NCBI GenBank assembly: GCA_964505585.1
Contig: CAZDIS010000001.1
Coordinates: forward strand, 1 to 48,789
From: an uncultured Pelolinea sp.
GTDB taxonomy: Bacteria > Chloroflexota > Anaerolineae > Anaerolineales > Anaerolineaceae
Length of the DNA stretch: 48,789 nucleotides
Reading direction: 5' to 3'
Shown: in pieces, positions 38,458-47,788 of the stretch
Position numbering within the stretch: the first letter of the stretch is position 1
How the letters are laid out: each line of letters starts with the position of its first letter
The notes under the pieces: model-generated
Database searches by the model: none
Told to the model about the DNA's origin: nothing
What the model saw: only the letters and a program-made list of their open reading frames with translations
Made by a program: the position numbers and the translations under genes

Positions 38458-39993
38458 ATGGATCAATTGGAACGAGCAAGTGGTATCCTGTTGCACGTCA
38501 GCAGTCTCCCCGGAAAATACGGCATCGGCGATCTCGGGCAGGAGGCGTACCGCTGGGTCGATTTTCTCGATCAATCCGGTGTCCAATACTGGCAGATTCT
38601 TCCATTAAATCCGACGGGGTATGGAAATTCACCATACCAGGGTTTGTCAGCTTTTGCAGGGAATCCGCTTTTTATTGATCCGGATGATCTCTACCAGCTC
38701 GGTTTGCTGGAGAAAAGTGATTTAGCGCGCCATCCAAGATTCCCCATCAGGCAGGTTGAATTTGAAAAAGTATCTGAATTTAAGCGTGGCATCTCTAAAA
38801 AAGCCTTCAATCGTTTTCAAAAAACAAAGCCCGCCAACCTGATTCACGACCTCGAGCAATTTGTGGAACAAAATAATGAATGGCTTTTGGATTTCTCAAC
38901 CTTTATGGCGTTGCGTGAAGAACATGACCTGAGATCCTGGAAAACGTGGCCCGATCCGTTACGCTTGCGCGAAAAAAATGCCATGGATAAATTCGTTGAA
39001 GCACGTGGCGATGCGATCTCTTTCCATAATTTCCTGCAATTCATCTTCGCGCGGCAGGTCAGATCACTTAAAGATTATGCCAATCAGAAAGGGATTCAAC
39101 TTGTTGGTGATATCCCGATCTTTATGGGATACGACTGCGCGGATGTGTGGGCATATCCGCACCTATTTGATCTTGATAAAGATCGAGATCCGCGTGCAAT
39201 CGCTGGTGTTCCGCCGGACTTCTTTTCAGAGACCGGTCAATTATGGGGAAATCCGCTTTACAAATGGGCTGCCCATAAGAAAGAGAATTACGCCTGGTGG
39301 ACAAAGCGCGTGAAAGAAACGTTAAAAACAGTGGATCTGATCCGGCTTGACCACTTCCGCGGTTTTGCTGGTTATTATCGCATACCAGCTGGATCTTCGA
39401 CTGCTGAAAATGGAAAATGGGTGAAAGGACCTGGTGCAGCGCTTTTTGATGCGATGCAGCAAAAGATTGGTACATTACCGTTTATTGCTGAAGATCTGGG
39501 GGTTATCACGCCAGATGTGATCAGTCTCAGGGAACGCTACGGCTTTCCTGGTATGCGCTTATTACAATTTGCTTTTTGGGATAACGCTGACCATGAATTT
39601 CTTCCCCATAATTATCCCGACAACTGTGTAGTTTATACAGGCACTCATGATAATGACACTACAGTTCACTGGTATAAAACACTGCCTGATCATGAGAAAC
39701 GTTTTTGCAGTAGTTACCTGGGCGGTCATACGCGTGATATTGCGCGTGAATTGATCAGGACCATCTGGCGAACAAATGCAATTATCGCTATCGCCCCAAT
39801 GCAGGATTTCTTACGGTTGGATGGATGGGCGCGCATGAATCTTCCCGCCACGGCCGAAGGTAATTGGACCTGGCGAATGCGTCCCCATGCCGAAAATCAT
39901 CGCCTGGCAGCCTGGATCAAGAAAATTAACATTACTTTCGGCCGTACGTCTGGAGATAAAGATTGGCTGGCTGAAAATTATTTCGCGGATTAA
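38458..39993 (+). CDS. malQ: 4-alpha-glucanotransferase (amylomaltase, GH77)
   Basis: SGILLHVSSLPG, WQILPL, GDIPIF, GVPPDFFSETGQLWGNPLY, RLDHFRG, AEDLG, YTGTHDNDT. Confidence 0.96.
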   Translation: MDQLERASGILLHVSSLPGKYGIGDLGQEAYRWVDFLDQSGVQYWQILPLNPTGYGNSPYQGLSAFAGNPLFIDPDDLYQLGLLEKSDLARHPRFPIRQVEFEKVSEFKRGISKKAFNRFQKTKPANLIHDLEQFVEQNNEWLLDFSTFMALREEHDLRSWKTWPDPLRLREKNAMDKFVEARGDAISFHNFLQFIFARQVRSLKDYANQKGIQLVGDIPIFMGYDCADVWAYPHLFDLDKDRDPRAIAGVPPDFFSETGQLWGNPLYKWAAHKKENYAWWTKRVKETLKTVDLIRLDHFRGFAGYYRIPAGSSTAENGKWVKGPGAALFDAMQQKIGTLPFIAEDLGVITPDVISLRERYGFPGMRLLQFAFWDNADHEFLPHNYPDNCVVYTGTHDNDTTVHWYKTLPDHEKRFCSSYLGGHTRDIARELIRTIWRTNAIIAIAPMQDFLRLDGWARMNLPATAEGNWTWRMRPHAENHRLAAWIKKINITFGRTSGDKDWLAENYFAD

Positions 39994-40000
39994 TTTTTGA

Positions 40001-41611
40001 TCATCGGATCAACCACAGGTAAGAGTATGGGGCAAGTTTGATTTTTCCAGAATAATCCCCGTTCTTATTATGCGCATTGGTTGATCCATGCAGAAAACGG
40101 TAATTTCGGTCCAATTCAACACTGTGTTCCTGCTCACTTAAATTATGGAAACAGATGATAATCTCATCATCACTCATTCTTTGAATCGCAAAAACTGCTT
40201 CGTCATAATCTTCCAAAATAGTGAAATGTTGATCAGAAAACAACGGATGCGACTGCCGGATACCGATCAATTTTCTTATCCGCTCCAATAATGCGTTGCC
40301 TTTTCCAATTTGGTTTTTGATATTGATTTTTTTGTAACTAAATTCATCTTTCGCGATGATCGGTAGATGGAGTTTGTCGGAAGGTGCAGTAGAAAAACCA
40401 GCGTTTTTTTCCGCAGACCACTGCATCGGAGTCCGTACGCCATCACGGTCATTCAGCCAGATATCATCCCCCATTCCGATTTCATCGCCATAATAAATGA
40501 TTGGCGCGCCTGGAAGGGAAAACAATAAAGTGTAAAGCAGTTCAACTTTCTGTTTATTCCCGCCCATCAAGGGTGCCAGCCTCCGGCGGACACCCAGGTT
40601 CAAGCGCATGCGGGGTTCTGGCGCGTACGCTTCCCATAAAAACTGCCGGTCAGACTCTGTGACCATTTCCAGTGTCAGCTCATCGTGGTTTCTGAGAAAT
40701 GTGCACCATTGGCAGGAATCTGGAATGATTGGGGTGTTCTTTAGCGTTTCTACCAGGGACTTTCTGGATCCTTTAGCGATTGACTTATAAATCCGTGGCA
40801 TCAAAGGAAAGTGGAAAGCCATATGGAATTCATCACCATCCGAGAAATATGGGATCAGGTCATCCGGCCATTGATTAGCTTCAGCCAGCAGAATTTTTCC
40901 CGGGTACTCCTCATCCATCAATTGGCGCATTTCTTTTAAATATGCGTGCGTTTCAGGGAGGTTTTCGCAATTGGTCCCCTCCCGCTCGATAAGATAAGGC
41001 ACTGCGTCAGCTCTGAATCCATCAATGCCCATATCCAGCCAGAAACGCATAATATTTTTCATTTCGTCCCGAACTGCGGGATTGTCATAATTCAGGTCTG
41101 GCTGCGAGGAATAGAACCGGTGCCAATAATATTGGCCTGCTTCTTCACTCCAGGTCCAATTTGAATCCTCCGAATCAATAAAAATAATTCGCGCTTCCTG
41201 GTACTTCTCATCCGTATCGCTCCATACATAATAATCACGATACGGAGAACCTTTATCAGCGATTGCTTTTTGGAACCATTCGCACTGGTCCGACGTGTGG
41301 TTCACAACCAGATCTAAAATGATATGCATGCCATGGCGATGTGCCGAAGTCACTAAATTTTGTAAATCATCAAGCGAACCCAGGTCATCATGGATCCCAT
41401 AGTAATCTTGAATATCATAACCGCCATCTTTTAAGGGAGACGGAAAAATAGGGAGCAGCCAAATACAATTAACACCAAGAGACGCGATGTATTCTAACTT
41501 TTGCTCAATACCTTTTAAGTCACCTACACCATCACCCGATGAATCATAAAAAGTGCGGGGATTAATTTCATAAAATATCGCGTCCTTATACCAAAAACCT
41601 TTTTCTCTCAT
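40001..41611 (-). CDS. treS: Trehalose synthase / maltose alpha-D-glucosyltransferase (GH13_16), no fused maltokinase
   Basis: ARIIFID.E.SNW, HRFYSSQPDLN, RADAVPYLIEREGTNCENLPETH, AEANQW, FLRNHDELTLEMVT, NLGVRRRLAPL. Confidence 0.93.
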   Translation of the reverse strand: MREKGFWYKDAIFYEINPRTFYDSSGDGVGDLKGIEQKLEYIASLGVNCIWLLPIFPSPLKDGGYDIQDYYGIHDDLGSLDDLQNLVTSAHRHGMHIILDLVVNHTSDQCEWFQKAIADKGSPYRDYYVWSDTDEKYQEARIIFIDSEDSNWTWSEEAGQYYWHRFYSSQPDLNYDNPAVRDEMKNIMRFWLDMGIDGFRADAVPYLIEREGTNCENLPETHAYLKEMRQLMDEEYPGKILLAEANQWPDDLIPYFSDGDEFHMAFHFPLMPRIYKSIAKGSRKSLVETLKNTPIIPDSCQWCTFLRNHDELTLEMVTESDRQFLWEAYAPEPRMRLNLGVRRRLAPLMGGNKQKVELLYTLLFSLPGAPIIYYGDEIGMGDDIWLNDRDGVRTPMQWSAEKNAGFSTAPSDKLHLPIIAKDEFSYKKINIKNQIGKGNALLERIRKLIGIRQSHPLFSDQHFTILEDYDEAVFAIQRMSDDEIIICFHNLSEQEHSVELDRNYRFLHGSTNAHNKNGDYSGKIKLAPYSYLWLIR

Positions 41612-41685
41612 AACCTCTTTCAGCTCCGCATTGTCTTTTCCAATAAAATATTTTTTTGAAAACGCTATTTTTATATCAGTTTAGA

Positions 41686-43155
41686 TTAAACCGAATAGAT
41701 TTTATCGCCATTCGCTTCATCTTTATAAACGATGCTGGTAGCATATGTTTCTAGATCAATTTTCAGAGTGCATTGATGTGCCCCATTTTTCCAGGAAAGT
41801 ATGACCTGCTGCGGGTCGGAATCAACTATCTCAAACTTCCCATTAAATGCCTCATACGTATTTCTAAAACGGATCAAGCGCAGCAATCTTTGCACGACGT
41901 CCTTCTGGACCTCCCACTCGATCTCTTCGCAGGTGTAGTTGTAGCGATTAATGGAACGGCCGTCCATCTTTTTTGCTAATGTATCATTATCGTTCTTTCC
42001 AGCCAGCAAACCGACATAATAAACTTGCGGGATCCCAGGCGTGAAAAACTGGATCGCCCTTGCGGCAAGGTAGGCATCATCGTTGCATCCTATTAATGAA
42101 TAATATGTTCCCCTGATCTGATGGACATCAAAACCATCCGCGTCACGATGTTTCGGCGAATAGATCAAGGACAAATTTCCACCACGCTCCAGGCAAATAT
42201 CCACCAGTTTCCTTGCGTCCTCACTGTCGTAAAGGTCATTCAAGTCAGGTTTGACCGGGACGCCATCATGGCAATCCAATGTTGTGATCTGGCGCTCTGG
42301 ACGAGTTTTTAGATAATCTAATAAATTCGTGTTTCTATGAAAAAAGATACAATCCAGCACCATATACGGTAAGATAAAATCGTAGATCCAATATCCTTCA
42401 TCTGCCAGTTTATACTGGGTCTCATAGTGCGCGTGGACTTCTGGTAAGAGTTCGATCCCCAAAGGTTCGGCAACCTTTGTGATCCATTCCATAAATTTGT
42501 ACACTTCAGGTTCAACAAAGAAAAATGATGTGCCCGGTTTTTTAATCACATATCCAACCGCGTCCAAACGAACAATGTTGACGTTATTCTTACTGAAGTT
42601 TTTCATAAATTCAGTAAGTATTTTCCGGGTGACTTCAGAATTTATATCAAGGTCAATTTGTTCAGATGGATCTGTTTTCCCAAATGTAGTCCAGACCTTC
42701 ACGGTTTCCCCGGAATTCGCAATAGTGAATAGTGAATACGGCGTGTCCCGTCGGAGAAAGATCTTTTCAATTTCTGCGCGTGTTGGCTCTCCTTCTGGCC
42801 AGATCTTTTCAATAGGCAGGAACATATCTGCGTATCGAGATTGTTTTCCGTGCGCGAGAAAATCTTGAAAGTATTCAGATTTTGCGGAGATATGGTTGAC
42901 CATCAGGTCCAGCATCAGGTCGAATTTTGCGCCTAAACGGCGAATATCCTCCCAGGACCCAAATTCTTTTTCGATCTCCAGATAAGTTAATGGCGCAAAA
43001 CCCCTGTCACCGGATGAAGGAAAAGGGGGAAGAATATGTATACCCCCGAAAATATCAGCTGAAAAATGGGTGTCCAGTACTATTTCAAGTGATGGCAGGT
43101 CTCCACCCAGAGAATCTGGGTAGGTGATTAATTGCACTTTGTTAGAAATCGGCAT
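41686..43155 (-). CDS. GH13_18 phosphorylase with sucrose 6F-phosphate phosphorylase signatures
   Basis: VQLITYPDSLG, RLDAVGY (D198), LPEVH (E239), LDCHDG (D297), KIFLRR (R135) and GFDVHQ (H345). Confidence 0.88.
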   Translation of the reverse strand: MPISNKVQLITYPDSLGGDLPSLEIVLDTHFSADIFGGIHILPPFPSSGDRGFAPLTYLEIEKEFGSWEDIRRLGAKFDLMLDLMVNHISAKSEYFQDFLAHGKQSRYADMFLPIEKIWPEGEPTRAEIEKIFLRRDTPYSLFTIANSGETVKVWTTFGKTDPSEQIDLDINSEVTRKILTEFMKNFSKNNVNIVRLDAVGYVIKKPGTSFFFVEPEVYKFMEWITKVAEPLGIELLPEVHAHYETQYKLADEGYWIYDFILPYMVLDCIFFHRNTNLLDYLKTRPERQITTLDCHDGVPVKPDLNDLYDSEDARKLVDICLERGGNLSLIYSPKHRDADGFDVHQIRGTYYSLIGCNDDAYLAARAIQFFTPGIPQVYYVGLLAGKNDNDTLAKKMDGRSINRYNYTCEEIEWEVQKDVVQRLLRLIRFRNTYEAFNGKFEIVDSDPQQVILSWKNGAHQCTLKIDLETYATSIVYKDEANGDKIYSV

Positions 43156-43165
43156 TAATATTTCC

Positions 43166-43819
43166 TCAATCCTGAAAAATCACTTCAAAATCTTTCGTCA
43201 GGATAATATCCGCCAGAAGGCGATGCCCGGCAATAATTTTATGTTCGGTTTTTAATACTTCTTCAATAAAAGGGTCACCCACTTCATTTCCTCTGTTTCG
43301 TTTGATGCGGTGCTGCATGGTATCAAGGCGGTTTGCTGTTATGAATATCTTTGTATCTATATTTTTCAACAGGGAAGTATAGGTGCCTTCCGCGATCACT
43401 GTTTGTATCCCGGAAAGGTCGACAATCTCCTCACCTATTTTATCTTCGTTGTAGAAAACTACCGGTTTTGTTATTTGTTTCTTTCCGCTGCGTGCATCAT
43501 TGATGTTTACCTGCAATGTCCTCAGGTCGACCTCCACATGCGGGCCAAGCCAATCCGATTCTTCCCGCCGCCTGGCATCATTGGATTTTGGCGGCAAATA
43601 GAAATAATCATCCTGCCCAAGGGTGGCTGCATTAATTTTTCGGCTTTTTAGTGCGTCTGCAATCGCTTTCGCCATTTCGGACTTCCCGCTCCCGGATTCG
43701 CCAGAAATAGCGATTGTATAACACATGGAAATATTCCTGATTTCACTAATAACTGCCTCAACAATTGCTTCCGCCGCGTGTTTGTGATGATCTTCGACAA
43801 TGATAATATCGCCTTTCAT
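43166..43819 (-). CDS. P-loop kinase of the uridine kinase/phosphoribulokinase/PanK-I fold, substrate unknown
   Basis: IAISGESGSGKS, QDDYF, VIAEGTY, R..RNR lid; 10-nt gap to the phosphorylase gene. Confidence 0.8.
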   Translation of the reverse strand: MKGDIIIVEDHHKHAAEAIVEAVISEIRNISMCYTIAISGESGSGKSEMAKAIADALKSRKINAATLGQDDYFYLPPKSNDARRREESDWLGPHVEVDLRTLQVNINDARSGKKQITKPVVFYNEDKIGEEIVDLSGIQTVIAEGTYTSLLKNIDTKIFITANRLDTMQHRIKRNRGNEVGDPFIEEVLKTEHKIIAGHRLLADIILTKDFEVIFQD

Positions 43820-43961
43820 AATGCAATCACTTTCTTTTATTGATCCATCCTATCATTTATATTTTTAGTTTCTTTCCTTTTCATTTATCTTTTTTGACGT
43901 AATTGAAAGAAATAATTTTCATGCCCACCTGACAAAACACAGCGGCGATCTGCATCGTATT

Positions 43962-45314
43962 TCACATATAGATTGCATTATCAGAGATAACCTGCTGATA
44001 CCAATAAGCACTCTGTTTAGGGATGCGCTTCTGGTTCTCATAGTTCACTCTGACCAACCCAAAGCATTGATCATATCCCCGTTCCCATTCGAAGTTATCG
44101 AATATGCTCCATGAAAAATACCCTTTGAGGTGGACGCCTTCCTGGATCGCTTTATGCGCAGCATACAGGTGGTTTTTTATATAGTTGATGCGCCCCCAAT
44201 CCTTCACAAACCCATTCTCATCCGGTTCGTCTGGCATCGCGCACCCGTTTTCGGTAATATAGATGTTTGGATTGCCATAGTTGGTTTTAAGATCTCTCAA
44301 TTCCTGTAAAAGACCCGAGGGATGGATTCCCCAATTCATTTCTGTCCGTCCCCATCCTGGAGAGGAATATGGGATTATTCTGGCTTTATTCAGCCCGGAA
44401 TGGATGTCAAACGCTACCCGATCTGTGTTGTAATAATTTAATCCTAGGTAATCAACCGGCTGGCGGATCGAAGCCAGGTCTTCTGGTTTCGTCTTTGGCG
44501 CATGGGACTGGATATACGTGAACATCGCCTCAGCGTATTTTCCTTTGAACAGCGGGTCAAGGAAAAGGGCGTGTGTTTCATCATGCACGCGTTGGGCAGC
44601 TCTGATGTCTTCTTCCATATCACTGGCAGGTTTGATGCCATTCAGGTTCAATATCAACCCGATCTTGCCATCATAACCTCCATTGCGATACACTTGCACA
44701 GCGCGAGCATGGGCTAGCAGAAGGTGATGTGCACTTTGATATGCTTGTGAATAATCGCATATCCCCGGCGCATGGATACCGTATGCATGGCCCAGAAAAG
44801 CTGCCACCCAGGGTTCATTGATCGTCGCCCAGAAATGGACACGGTCTGCCAATTTTCGGAATACGATTTCGGCGTAATCGCCAAACCAATCTATTGATTC
44901 CCTGTTTGGCCATCCACCTTTTTCTTGCAGAGCCTGGGGAAAATCCCAATGGTACAGAGTTGCTTTTGGTTTGATCCCGGCTTCAAGCAGCTGATCAACA
45001 AGTTTATCGTAAAAATCCAACCCCTTCTGATTTACACTTCCCGTCCCCTCAGGCAAAATACGCGTCCAGGCAATAGAAAAGCTATACCATGGAAGCCCGA
45101 TTTCTTTAAATAACGAGATATCGGATGCTGTACGATGGTAATGGTCACACGCAGTATCCCCTGTTTCACCATGCAGGACATGGTCTTCCCCGCGCACAAA
45201 TCGATCCCAAATGCTTTCTCCTTTTCCATCCTCATTATATGCCCCCTCAATCTGATAAGCAGAGGTGGATGCACCCCAAATAAAATCATCTGGAAATAGA
45301 TATTTCGTATCCAT
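43962..45314 (-). CDS. Beta-glucosidase (GH1)
   Basis: FIWGASTSAYQIEG, ACDHYHR, TLYHWD, TINEP (acid/base), YITENG (nucleophile), WSIFDNFEW. Confidence 0.95.
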   Translation of the reverse strand: MDTKYLFPDDFIWGASTSAYQIEGAYNEDGKGESIWDRFVRGEDHVLHGETGDTACDHYHRTASDISLFKEIGLPWYSFSIAWTRILPEGTGSVNQKGLDFYDKLVDQLLEAGIKPKATLYHWDFPQALQEKGGWPNRESIDWFGDYAEIVFRKLADRVHFWATINEPWVAAFLGHAYGIHAPGICDYSQAYQSAHHLLLAHARAVQVYRNGGYDGKIGLILNLNGIKPASDMEEDIRAAQRVHDETHALFLDPLFKGKYAEAMFTYIQSHAPKTKPEDLASIRQPVDYLGLNYYNTDRVAFDIHSGLNKARIIPYSSPGWGRTEMNWGIHPSGLLQELRDLKTNYGNPNIYITENGCAMPDEPDENGFVKDWGRINYIKNHLYAAHKAIQEGVHLKGYFSWSIFDNFEWERGYDQCFGLVRVNYENQKRIPKQSAYWYQQVISDNAIYM

Positions 45315-45423
45315 GAGATAATTTTCCTTTTATGCTGTAGTAATCCTCGACCGGTTGTCAGCTAACTAATTACACGATGAATTATCGCTTCAAGCGCTCA
45401 ACCACACTGGATACCGTCTATTA

Positions 45424-46524
45424 TTAGCCCTTGACAGATCCTGCCATCATGCCGCGCACGAAATAACGCTGCAGCAGGAAGAACACGACCATCGGGAGGA
45501 TCATGCTGACAAAAGCGCCGGCAGTTAACAAATGCCAGTCCTGCCCTTTCTCACCCACGATCGAAGCCAATGCGTACGTGACCACCCGTGTCTTTTCGCC
45601 CAGGAAAACAAGTGACACAAGGTAATCATTCCAAACCCACAGGAATTGGAAGATCGCGAAAGACGCCAAAGCCGGTACGGAAAGCGGGATGATGAGCTTG
45701 GTCAGGATCGTAAAATTCGAAGCACCATCAATATATGCCGCTTCAAGAAGCTCCTTTGGCAGGGAACTGATGTAATTGAACAAGAGGTATGTTGCCAGGG
45801 GAAGCCCAAAGCCGGTGTGCGCAAGCCAGATCCCCAAAAACGTACCGTTCAGATCCATTTTGGTATAGTCCTGCAATATTGGAACTAGAGAGATCTGCAG
45901 CGGAACAACCAGAACCGCAACAATTAAAGTAAACAGGATATCCCGGCCAGGGAATTTCAGCCATGAGAACCCGAATGCTGCAAACGCAGCAATCAGGATC
46001 GGGATCACGGTGGCTGGAATCGTTACTGCAATGGAGTTCAAAAACGCGTCCCCAAGATTATTGCCTTTTTTGGAAATCTCGTTTCCACTGCCATCAGTAA
46101 AAGTGATCTCTTTGCCGGTGAGAACATCTTTGTAGTTCTCAAGCGTGAGGTCTGTCGCGAAGCCAACCCACCTTCGATCAGTTACAACGATCTCTCTGGT
46201 GCGCTTATTGCCGAACCAGGTTAATTTACGCCCATCTTCGAGCGTCACGCCTTCTCTCCACTCCTCAAATGTAGCTTTCTTGCCTTCGATCTCGATCAAT
46301 CCATCTACATCAAAAGTTTCCTCAAGTTGAAATCGATCCACCTCGACATCTTCTTTGTGTGGTAAAACTGTCCACCAACCGGAATTAAAAATATCCTGGC
46401 TTTCTCTAAAAGACGTGACAAAAATGCCAAGGGTCGGAAGCAGCCAGAAGAAACATATTAATATGAGGACCGCATTGATAAGAAAAGAAGAAAACCTTTT
46501 TTGTTTCTTTGTCCCAGCAGCCAT
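45424..46524 (-). CDS. Carbohydrate ABC permease, AglG-like
   Basis: EAA loop LLEAAYIDGAS, VTIPATVIPILIAAFAA, IFQFLWVWND, LQRYFVRG. Confidence 0.9.
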   Translation of the reverse strand: MAAGTKKQKRFSSFLINAVLILICFFWLLPTLGIFVTSFRESQDIFNSGWWTVLPHKEDVEVDRFQLEETFDVDGLIEIEGKKATFEEWREGVTLEDGRKLTWFGNKRTREIVVTDRRWVGFATDLTLENYKDVLTGKEITFTDGSGNEISKKGNNLGDAFLNSIAVTIPATVIPILIAAFAAFGFSWLKFPGRDILFTLIVAVLVVPLQISLVPILQDYTKMDLNGTFLGIWLAHTGFGLPLATYLLFNYISSLPKELLEAAYIDGASNFTILTKLIIPLSVPALASFAIFQFLWVWNDYLVSLVFLGEKTRVVTYALASIVGEKGQDWHLLTAGAFVSMILPMVVFFLLQRYFVRGMMAGSVKG

Positions 46525-47657
46525 TAGAACCTCCTCCTATCTTTATTTAATTGGCGTACGTTGCTTATCACAACCGGAATCACCGCTACTAGAAGAATAA
46601 TAGCGATTGCGGATGCCCGGCCTGTATTGCCGTATGTGAATCTCTGCAAATAAAATTCGTTTGCGATCACGTTTGTTCCGTTATTGCCGCCTGTCATCAC
46701 CCGTACGATATCAAACAACTTAAGGCTGAATATAACAATCGTTGTTGTAACAGTGATCAGCGTTCCTTTAATATAGGGGATCATGATCCTGAAGAAAACT
46801 TGAACTTCATTGGCGCCGTCGATCCGGGCTGCCTCAAGCAATTCTTCTGGAATTCCTTTAATGGCCGAGGAAAAAACAACCATCGCGTATCCCGTTTGCA
46901 GCCAGACCATGATAATGATCAGGAAGAAGTTATTCCATGGTGGAATGTTTAGCCACGGGCGGGTCTGTCCTCCCAGTGCAGATACCACCGCATTGAGCAG
47001 GCCGATTTCCTGGATGCCGATACCCCTGTATGTATATATAAATTTCCAGATCACACCCGCGCCAACAAACGATATTGCCATCGGCATGAAAATAATGGCT
47101 TTATAAATTTTCTCATAATTACTGCGATCAGCTAATACTGCGATCAACAAACCGATTGAAACACTCATAGATGTGCCAAAAACCATCCACAGCAGGTTAT
47201 TTCGAAATGCTTCCAACATGATTCGGTCGGTAAAAACAAAACGATAATTCTCAAAAATTCCAATACCTTCTCCAACCCAATCCATCCCCAGAGCGCCCTT
47301 GAAACTTAATATGAGCGTTCGGAAAACCGGAACAACCAGGTACCATCCGATCAAAGCGATTGCCGGACCGATAAAAATAAAAGGTTGTAACCTGCGTCCA
47401 ATCTCACCAGGAAATTGTTCTATGATCCAGTTGGTGAGATAAAATAAGGCTGCAATGCCCCCTACCCCCCAAACAATTGCGACCAATACAATCGCCAATT
47501 GTGATGCCTCACTATCACGCAGGAAAAGAAAACCTTGTTGTAATACTAAATAAGTAAACGTCAAAACCAAAATTGCTGCTAGTATTTTCCCAATTCTTGA
47601 ATCAAGGATCTTTTTCCATGTAGAAGCTGTTGATGGATTTTCGTTTGGCCCATTCAT
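46524..47657 (-). CDS. Carbohydrate ABC permease, AglF-like
   Basis: FMPMAISFVGAGVIWKF, IGLLNA, WLQTGYAMV, LLEAARIDGA; 1-nt overlap with the next permease. Confidence 0.9.
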   Translation of the reverse strand: MNGPNENPSTASTWKKILDSRIGKILAAILVLTFTYLVLQQGFLFLRDSEASQLAIVLVAIVWGVGGIAALFYLTNWIIEQFPGEIGRRLQPFIFIGPAIALIGWYLVVPVFRTLILSFKGALGMDWVGEGIGIFENYRFVFTDRIMLEAFRNNLLWMVFGTSMSVSIGLLIAVLADRSNYEKIYKAIIFMPMAISFVGAGVIWKFIYTYRGIGIQEIGLLNAVVSALGGQTRPWLNIPPWNNFFLIIIMVWLQTGYAMVVFSSAIKGIPEELLEAARIDGANEVQVFFRIMIPYIKGTLITVTTTIVIFSLKLFDIVRVMTGGNNGTNVIANEFYLQRFTYGNTGRASAIAIILLVAVIPVVISNVRQLNKDRRRF

Positions 47658-47702
47658 AATCGGTCACCTCCATTTTCTTCAACCAAATAACTTCAATACC
47701 AT

Positions 47703-47736
47703 AAGGAGCAGGGTCCCTTAAGGTTGCCTGCTCCTT
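47703..47736 (-). other. Stem-loop after the substrate-binding protein gene (differential mRNA stabiliser or partial terminator)
   Basis: AAGGAGCAGG (47703-47712)/CCTGCTCCTT (47727-47736) with an inner CCTTAAGG. Confidence 0.6.
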
Positions 47737-47788
47737 TATTCTACCTTTACTTATCTTAGTTTTTCAATGTAATTTCTTGAGATAAGTT

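Noticed and set aside
41657-41670. cre/LacI-like TGAAAACGCTATTT upstream of treS
   Set aside because: The right half-site does not match, it is a single copy, and no regulator gene is in the window
45389-45401. LacI-like TTCAAGCGCTCAA upstream of the GH1 gene
   Set aside because: Only a 6-bp perfect core (AGCGCT), with no convincing second copy
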